A stretch of DNA of 64,000 bases from Amoebidium appalachense (taxonomy: Eukaryota; Protista; Ichthyosporea). Positions 23,140 through 64,000 of this stretch are shown here, piece by piece. Under the pieces are notes generated by a model. The model had not been told where the DNA came from, did not search any database, and saw nothing but the letters and a program-made list of their open reading frames with translations. Each line of letters begins with the position of its first letter. Positions within the stretch are counted from its first letter, which is position 1. The position numbers were made by a program, and so were the translations under genes. The DNA lies in the NCBI GenBank assembly GCA_963693365.1, contig CAVNZM010000013.1, forward strand, positions 8,246,940-8,310,939, given 5' to 3'.

Positions 23140-23593
23140 GTGTGTGTGTGCGCGCGCATGTGCCTGCCTATGTATGTGTACTTTGATGCTAAGATAAAAA
23201 GTTGATTGCCTACATGAAATGACATTAACTATAGACATCATTCGCATTAGATATCTGTTGGTGTGCATTCAACGTCATAACAGCCAGCAGCAAGCCTTGA
23301 GGATGTAAATTCAGCAGAGCAATGGTATCTAACCAGGTTTGGGCATGCATCTTATGCTTTGCTCTGTGTGCGTGTATGTGCGCGCATGTATGTGTGTGGG
23401 TGTGCACGTCGTGCATGCGCATGTGGGTGTTGTGTGTTCGTGTTCGTGTGTGGGGGCGGGCATGTGTGCACGCGCATGAACGGGTGTGGTGTGTATCGGC
23501 AAGAGAGTGTGCCGTGTGCATGTGCATGCAATCGTGCGGTGGGAGGCTGTATATGCAATTGGGGTGGTTTCAACTGTGTCAGCTCATTACCAG

Positions 23594-23625
<32 letters not shown>

Positions 23626-23784
23626 TTTTTTTCCGAGCCAGGGAGGCAAAAAAAGGAAATGCTTCTCTAGGTCCACCCCCGGAGCCATAACCAGCAACGC
23701 AGCACCACCGCACCACGAGGTTAACCTCAGCACCTCACCACAAGACAGCAAGCAGCACATACACACGGCCAGGTCTATCCCGAA

Positions 23785-23837
<53 letters not shown>

Positions 23838-24267
23838 CCCCCCCTCCCCCTCCTCGAACAAAATTCAAGGGCAAACACATGCATAAGGTGTGCAGCAGGT
23901 GAGGAAGTGTGCCGGCATGCACCCACCTGAACACCCAGCTGCCCTGGCCCCCCGGTATGTGCCGCCACCATCCTGCCACCCCTCAAAAAAACTTAGCGTA
24001 CCATAAACATTCATTCGAATAGTCAACTCACCATTGGTCATACAAGCATACATATAAAAAACAGTATTAACGACGACATCCGCGCATTCATGATCAAACA
24101 ACCCGGCTCACGAGACATTCATTCTTGAAACCTCCCCCCCCCCCCCTCCCCCCCCCCCCCCCTCTCCCCCAAACACACACACCCGAATCATCACACTTCC
24201 TCTCCATCTGAATGCTACACCACCCGCAGGCACACCAGCAAGGGCTGCATTCCATTCCCATATATGG

Positions 24268-44605
<20,338 letters not shown>

Positions 44606-44848
44606 TTCTAGGCTTAATAACCCTCGTCCTCACTCCGACCGTGCCGGGAGTCGGAGGGGCTTCCTAGCACGTTGTATATTTGGCTGGTGCCTGCCTGTGT
44701 ACAGATACAGCCAGCCTCTCCAAAGCAAAAAAGTAGTCACATACGCGGTTTGGGCGACCCACTGCGGCAGAGCGAGTTTTGGAAAGGCAGCTGGCGCAAG
44801 CGCAACAGGCGGCACTTGCAACCGGCGGCCACTGGCCATGCACAATCG

Positions 44849-44875
44849 TGACGTCATCGATTGGTGGTGACGTCA
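44849..44875. promoter_or_regulatory. Two CRE palindromes flanking a CCAAT box, ~250 bp upstream of the ZFC3H1 ATG
   Basis: TGACGTCA at 44849-44856 and 44868-44875, ATTGG at 44860-44864. Confidence 0.6.
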
Positions 44876-44897
44876 TGTATCTGGGGGTATGTAATTA

Positions 44898-45094
44898 GGG
44901 GGGTTTACGCTGTTTACTCGAGGCAAAGAGAACCAGTCTCAGGTATGGGGGGGGGGGTTTTGCTCGGAATATCCCCTCAGCGGTATATCATGATCACGTA
45001 CATAGATGTCGGGTGGTGACTATATATCAGGGTTTACTTTCTCTACGAGACACCATAAAGACTACAAGGAGAAATCAATTAGTTGGGGTTCCCC

Positions 45095-45158
<64 letters not shown>

Positions 45159-45190
45159 GGGCTCCCCTCGGGACACTCGGTATCAGCTGG

Positions 45191-45256
<66 letters not shown>
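44898..45256 (+). mobile_element. SINE-like dispersed element, copy A2, intergenic
   Basis: Colinear with 1341-1602 from GGGTTTA.GCTGTTTACTCGAGGC to GGGACACTCGGTATCAGCTGG; longer T-run and (TG)n tail; TAATT on both flanks. Confidence 0.75.
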
Positions 45257-45261
<5 letters not shown>

Positions 45262-45814
45262 TGCGCTATAATTTTGTAGTGATGTGTTTCTCAAGCCAAT
45301 CAATACATCTAATAAACAGGTCGTAGTTACGCGTGTTTAGTATAAAATCAAGGATGTTGTAATTTACAGGTAGGCTATCTTTCTGGGTGTCTGTTGTGAA
45401 TGTGACGTGTGTGTGTTGCGGTATTATGTGGTCTATCAAACTACATTTGGTGATACATGACCGGTTAAACTGGTGTGTGTGTGTGTTGTTTGGGCATGCA
45501 AATGATGCCACCTTATACTTATTAGATCTCCACTGTATAGCACGTGTACAGTAAAAGCGTGGTAATTGATATAGTTTAGGGAGGGAGGGGGGGGGGGGGG
45601 AGGAAGAGGTGTGGATGAACCCATCAAGGGGTGTGCAAGAAACTGTAAAAGCGTTAAAGTAAGCCTTGTCGACAACGCAAGCGCCTTTTAAAGGAAGCCG
45701 CATACTCAAGATCGAGTACAAAACTGAATCATAGCTGGCTGCTATATTCTTTTCACTTTCTTGTTCTGCGCCTTTTTTTTTTTTTTTTTTGGTGGTGGTG
45801 GTGGTGATATGGGG

Positions 45815-45852
<38 letters not shown>

Positions 45853-45936
45853 CATGGGGGGGTTGCGTACATATACGTAACGGGGAAATTTAAAGGGTGT
45901 GCTTCTGAATCGATATGATTTTATCGAATATTTTTT

Positions 45937-45990
<54 letters not shown>

Positions 45991-46213
45991 GTGCTTTCGA
46001 TCCGGATCCTTTTTCGTTTTGCACGGTGTCAGTGGCCCACGGTACATAGGTTCCCGGTGCAAATTCATGAAAATATCAAGTGACAGCGCCCTCCCCCTCT
46101 CCCCCCCCCCCCCCTCCCCCTCCCCCCCCCCCCCCCCCCCCCTGCCCTACCCATTCCGGGCCTCCCCCCCCCCCAAAAAAGTCACACACGTACACACGTG
46201 TACGTACTCGGAC

Positions 46214-46254
46214 CAAGGCCTCCTATATACTAACTGTTAGTATATGAGGCCTTG
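46214..46254. repeat. Near-perfect inverted repeat
   Basis: CAAGGCCTC-ct-ATATACTAAC-T-GTTAGTATAT-GAGGCCTTG. Confidence 0.85.
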
Positions 46255-46757
46255 CTTGACTCGGACACAAACTCGGAAGTTCAGGTATGTACAGCGTCAT
46301 TTGTGTGTGTGTGCACATGTATATATGTGTACATGGGGGGGAAGGGGGGGGATGGTGGGGGGGGGGGGGGGGAAGGGGGCGGGGAGGTTCATATTACATG
46401 TACAAATGCATGCACCGGGATTCTCCTAATAATAGCATGATTACACACTATTGAATAGCTCGATAAGGTTGGAGAGAGTTCACTTTGGTTTCTGAGCACG
46501 TGTGGCACTACTGCTACTAGTTTGAAGTGGATGGCCAGCCAGGGAATCATCTCTTCTTTGTGTTTCTATATTGATATCGACTTTATCATTTACAATTCTA
46601 CAATTGCCAACGGTTATAACTACCATTGAAAAGTCAGTGCTCTCAACTCTCAACATTTAACTTTCTTTTGGTAACTCCAGGCAGCCAGCCGACGTGCAGT
46701 CCCACTAGGCTTCCTCCTTCAATCTCCACGCGCGGGGAGGGGGGAGGGGCGAGGGGA

Positions 46758-46815
<58 letters not shown>

Positions 46816-46841
46816 ATTTTGCATTCCAGTAGTACAGCGGC

Positions 46842-47051
46842 CTGCCAGTGGGGCTCGAGAGGGCCCCGTGATGATATTTAGGCTTCTAGTCGAGGAGCAT
46901 AACTTGGTAGGTATGGAAATAATTGGCTTCAGGCCACCAATAACCTACACCATTCCCGCAAGACTAACTGGGTTCAACCCCGGAGTCTAGGGATACTTTC
47001 TAGTGCAAAAACATCCCACAGCACACTGAGGTCCCCTGTGACGGGGGGCAG
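46842..47051 (+). other. Hairpin-rich ~210-nt element, probably a divergent relative of the SINE-like A family or a structured ncRNA
   Basis: Multiple stems (GGGGCTC-GAGA-GGGCCCC; GTAGGT/ACCTAC; AGACT/AGTCT; GGGAT/ATCCC; terminal CTGCC/GGCAG), plus motif blocks shared in order with copies A1/A2. Confidence 0.45.
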
Positions 47052-47616
47052 TGGTGGTGGTGGGAGGGGGGAGGGAGGGGGGGGGGGGGGGGGGGGTATA
47101 CGTCAAGTCAACCTAGAGCCCCCCGTTTTTTCTCAACATTTCTTTTTCTTTTCTTTCTTTTTTTTTCTTTGCACCGGGGGGAGGGGGAAAGGGGGGGGGG
47201 GGGAGATAATAAAAAAGACATGCCAGACTCCAGAGGCGTGCAAAATTTCAACTTCTATTATGCATATATGTACATCTAGTGGTGTAGGTAATATACCGAA
47301 ACATCTATCTCAAGTTACTGAACGATCTCTAATTCACCAAACTGCCACACATTCGTTCGTAGCCCAAATTGGTAACGACTATATTACACGGTTCACTTCC
47401 TTTATCTCCCGAACTACCCTATGCTGCAACACTCAGCGTGCAGGAAGTGTGGTGTGACATGTTACTGCCAGCTTGGCCGGTGCACTCGATCATGTGTGTA
47501 TCATCAGAAATGTGGATGTTTGTTAGCAGCCCTATATGTCATCTGTACCATTTGCCCACCTGTCTGTCTGTGTGTGTTCGTGCCCGTGTGTTTGTGTTTG
47601 TCTCTGTGTGTGTGTA

Positions 47617-47648
<32 letters not shown>

Positions 47649-47737
47649 CTCACTGGCGCGCACATGTGTGTGCGTGCGCTCGCGCTCGCGAATGTGTGTC
47701 TAGTGTGCCGGTGTGTTCTGATGTGTTGCAAGATCTC

Positions 47738-60143
<12,406 letters not shown>

Positions 60144-61225
60144 GGTGGGACTGCTGCCCTAGGTTGCACCGTCAAAAAGCGCCCGATAACTATGCACGTT
60201 CATTATGCATGTTAGAAAATGTGTAAACCGTTAGAACATTCTGCAGACCTGGATATTCCACCCGGCTTTTCTTTGGTTTCTTATCTTATCTATCTCGCAT
60301 AGGGCACATAGGGCTGTACAGCTTTGGCCGTGCGACGTTGGGCAGCGCTGCGGTTCTGGTTTGTGTTCAGACGTCTGACAGAGGACCATGTTCTGTTTGC
60401 GCTCACATACCAAGTTAAACTTCCCTAGAATGAGAAAGATAGTTACTCAAGATATTCTTACTCTTCTTCTAATATCTATACGGACACGATTTCTTGCGCC
60501 ATGGTAAATTTTGAGCAGCAAAAAGGCTCTTAATATAATAAAAAGCTTTTAAATATTCATTTGCCTAACTTTTGCTGTTTGTACATTAATTAAAAATCAC
60601 AGAAGCAGTTAAGCAAAAGTTCCAATTACCGTAATTTGAGCTTAAATCGAATATGGACGATTTATGGTGAACAATGCTTTTAGATCGACTAATCATGTTA
60701 TTCAATTTTAGCCTAGCCAGCAGTCCCCTCAGTCTTGGGCATGGGTACTACATTGGGTAGGCTAGGCTGTCTGTACACCCCCTCAATTTTTAATAGCAGC
60801 CTAAGAAGGCAAGTTAGTTTCCAACAACCCCAGTATAAGGTCAACAACTGTAACAAACTAGAAAAATATTTTCATGTTTCAATTATTGTTTTACGAGATC
60901 ATTTAGGGGAACGTGTGTTTTTAGCAAACCTATAGTTGTTATATGATGATTATGATCAGTCATGATGCGAAAAAAAAAAATGATGCGATATGATTTTTTG
61001 AGATAGTGCAACTTAATAGTCTAGGGTGAATGTAGCCGGATGACGGCCGACTTGACTGACTGTGAGGTGAGGCGAGCTGCCCTATGTAGCCGCTCACTAA
61101 TTACAATAGCCCCACTCCACCACTGCGTTACAGTTATAGCCGCGGCTTAGCCTGATGAAGTATGCCTTTTTAAGCAATAGCACTTCCTAACAGCCCCCGG
61201 GGCACACTTTAGCCAAGAGTGCATT

Positions 61226-61960
61226 ATGAGAGCCACCATGAGGCGGCTTCTTCTTTCGTTTGCACTCATAGTGGGCCAGTCACGGGCAGACGGCACTCCC
61301 TGGCCCCAAATACCAAAGTCCCCACTCCCACAGGCACTTAGTGATTACTGCAACATAGAAAACTGCCAGCTAGTAAGGGTATTTAGTGAGGGAAACGCAA
61401 ACCCACCCAAATACGTGAGTGAGTGCGCGACATCCGACTTTTCCAAGGCGAGCTTGTCTCTCAAAGTTAACGAGACAAGCTATTTTCTTGTCAAAGATGA
61501 TGTCTCACTTGCTCAGACACTGAACATAACCCTTATTGCAAAAGACAACGCAAGTAGGGTCGATGTTCACCTGGTGTCATGTGGCTTTGACAAGACACCC
61601 CGCGAAACAAAACGGTTGTCCTGCGTTCAGAGCGCAACACAAGGAGTAGTTTTCTCTTTCATTCAGTCGCGCTTCACCCTTGTGGGTTTGTGGGGATTGG
61701 AAGTCAGTGGCTGCTCGTTTCGTGGGGTACGTGTGGATTCCCAGAACCTGTGGGTGACGGGGTCCCTCTTTGCCAATAATGGTGGTGTATACCCAAAAAT
61801 CCAGAATCTATCTGTGCCCAAGCTGCTGGAAACGTACGCTGTAAGTGACCCCAACCACTCCCCCCTCCCACCCTCCCACTTTTCAAGAGCACACACACAC
61901 ACATAGCTCACAGGCGTCACTTGCGCATGTGAGCACCACACAGTGTGCACCCGCCTCACA

Positions 61961-62008
<48 letters not shown>

Positions 62009-62140
62009 CACACCCACACACAACACACAAACAAACACACCCACACACAACACACAAACAAACACACACACACACAAGCACACATGCTCACGCACATGCA
62101 TTACACACATACACACACACTTGCGGACGCGCATGCGCGC

Positions 62141-62211
<71 letters not shown>

Positions 62212-62306
62212 ATGCATTTACACACACGCACACACAAACACAAACATGCATACACAGGCGCGCACACACAAACACGCACACACACGCTCGCGCGCGCGCA
62301 CGCGGG

Positions 62307-62390
<84 letters not shown>

Positions 62391-63806
62391 AACACATAGA
62401 CAAGCGCACACACACACACAAACACAAGCACACACGCACAAGCACATGCACACATACATACTCACACACTTGCGAGTGGGGGCGCGCACACACACACACA
62501 TACACACACACACAGACACACACACACAACACACACACACACACAAACACGCATACACATACTCGAACACACAAGCACAAACATGCATACACAAACGCGC
62601 ACACACAAACACAAACACAAACACACACACCTCCTCTACTCTTCGTGCCCATCCATTCAGAATCATCACTCCATGTGCTATTGCTACTGTGTTAGTCATA
62701 ACCAGGATCCCAAAGACCCCCTGGCACCACAGCCCCCGCCTTCCCCTCCCCCCTCTCCCCCCTTCCCTCCCCCCCCCCCCCCCCGTTCTTCCTTTCCCCC
62801 CATTCATTCCATGCTCCCCCCCTCACCCCCTCCCCCCCCCCCCCCCCCCCCCCCACCCGCCCTTTTCCCCTCCAGTCCTCCCTCCCCGGGGCAGCCCACT
62901 CTGCATTGTACATCTCCCTGGGATATTACACCAATAAATACCCCCCCAGTTTCTGTTGGGTCACCACCATTCAACTAGATCTGTTCCAAACTAAACTTCT
63001 GCAACAGCCTACGGGCACTGACGACAGACTGACCATTATCCCTGCATGTGAGCCTACTGGTTGGATAATACAGAACAGAGTTGCCTTATTCTCAAGTAAG
63101 CAAAGACCACGCACAAGTAGTCTAACACGTGCTTACCCCATGAACAGCAATACGGTGGAGCTATCTCTTCTCTGTCGCAAGCCATCATCGACGACAGCAG
63201 GTTCATAAACAATTCCGCTGACTCTGCCGGTGGGCTCTTTGTGGCAAATGGGGATGTGCATGTTTCGAACAGTGTGTTTGAGAGCAACAGGGGCACGAAC
63301 GGGGATGGTGGTGCCATCAATGCACTTGCAGGGAGCATTTGGATGCGCGAGTCGAAGTTTGTAGGGAACTCTGCGCAGTCAGGGGGGGCCGCGTGTTCAA
63401 AAAGGGACATTTTCGCTAATACGAGCATTTTTCTGAGTAATTCTGCCTCCGAATATGTCAGCAGCGAAGACTTAATGATGGGGATGGCTCAAAATTACGG
63501 GGGGGCTCTATTTGCATTTGGAAATATCACGGCCTACAACTGTGCAATAGAAAACAACAGTGCCATTGTAGATGGCGGTGCAATTTACACGGTGGCAATG
63601 GGGGTCCTTGCAAATTGCACGGCACGGAATAACTCGGCAGTGGGTTATGGGGGGGTTGTACGGGCAGGGGCGACAGTTTTCATAGTAGATGGGGGTCCGT
63701 ACGAAAATAATACGGCAGGTCTGGGTGGGGGGGTGGCCAGTCTCTACCAGGGCAATGCAACCATTGGGGCTGGCTATGCATCAGACACCGTGTTTATTTC
63801 AAACAG
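61226..63806 (+). CDS. Paralogous GGA-repeat secreted or receptor protein, first two exons; continues beyond the right edge
   Basis: Exon 61226-61840 (signal peptide, Cys-patterned N-terminal domain) and exon 63148-63806 (QYGGAIS...FINNSA...NYGGAL...VFISN). Same intron positions and phases as the neighbouring RTK. Confidence 0.85.
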
Positions 63807-63938
63807 GTAAGTCGTCTTTGCTGTGCATGCCAGAGAGTAATGGGGGTGCAAGTTGGAGTGAGAGAGCGATGGGACGGAGGTGTAGAGAATACGGAGGGGT
63901 GAGGATGGGAGGGGGAGTGGGCGTGTGTGTGTGTGTTT

Positions 63939-63969
<31 letters not shown>

Positions 63970-64000
63970 GGGGGGGCGTATCTGTCATTGTTCTACTAGC

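Noticed and set aside
21600-24000. Short ORFs as a possible extra gene or further ZFC3H1 exons
   Set aside because: No recognisable motifs, and ZFC3H1 already ends with a homologous C-terminus at 24268.
46960-47006. Resemblance to the 5' end of U3 snoRNA (AAGACTA...AGGGAT..TTTCTA)
   Set aside because: Spacing differs and no downstream U3 boxes follow; the sequence runs into G-tracts.
47021-47055. Hammerhead ribozyme core
   Set aside because: CTGAG is followed by a stem, but the CUGANGA and GAAA consensus is incomplete.

Overview
Eukaryotic, intron-rich genomic DNA, full of poly-G/poly-C runs and (CA)n/(GT)n tracts, so most long ORFs in the supplied track are microsatellite artefacts. A receptor tyrosine kinase plus this intron style suggests a holozoan, possibly a unicellular relative of animals (inference only). 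Manual splicing gives five genes. (1) The 5' half of a PMCA-type Ca2+ ATPase (minus strand, 14 exons, runs off the left edge). (2) Head-to-head with it, a 6-exon ~1538-aa DUF6729-like DDE transposase with a complete WRN-like DEDDy 3'-5' exonuclease inserted inside its catalytic core; no TIRs found. (3) A ZFC3H1/Red1 orthologue (minus). (4) A complete 14-exon ~1261-aa receptor tyrosine kinase with a GGA-repeat beta-helix ectodomain (minus). (5) The start of an inverted paralogue of that receptor (plus). Non-coding DNA holds a Tc1/mariner-type MITE, a hairpin-rich SINE-like family (one copy with an 11-bp TSD), a ~100-bp intronic dispersed repeat, several minisatellites and a CRE-CCAAT-CRE promoter motif. 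The most notable item is the exonuclease-containing transposase.
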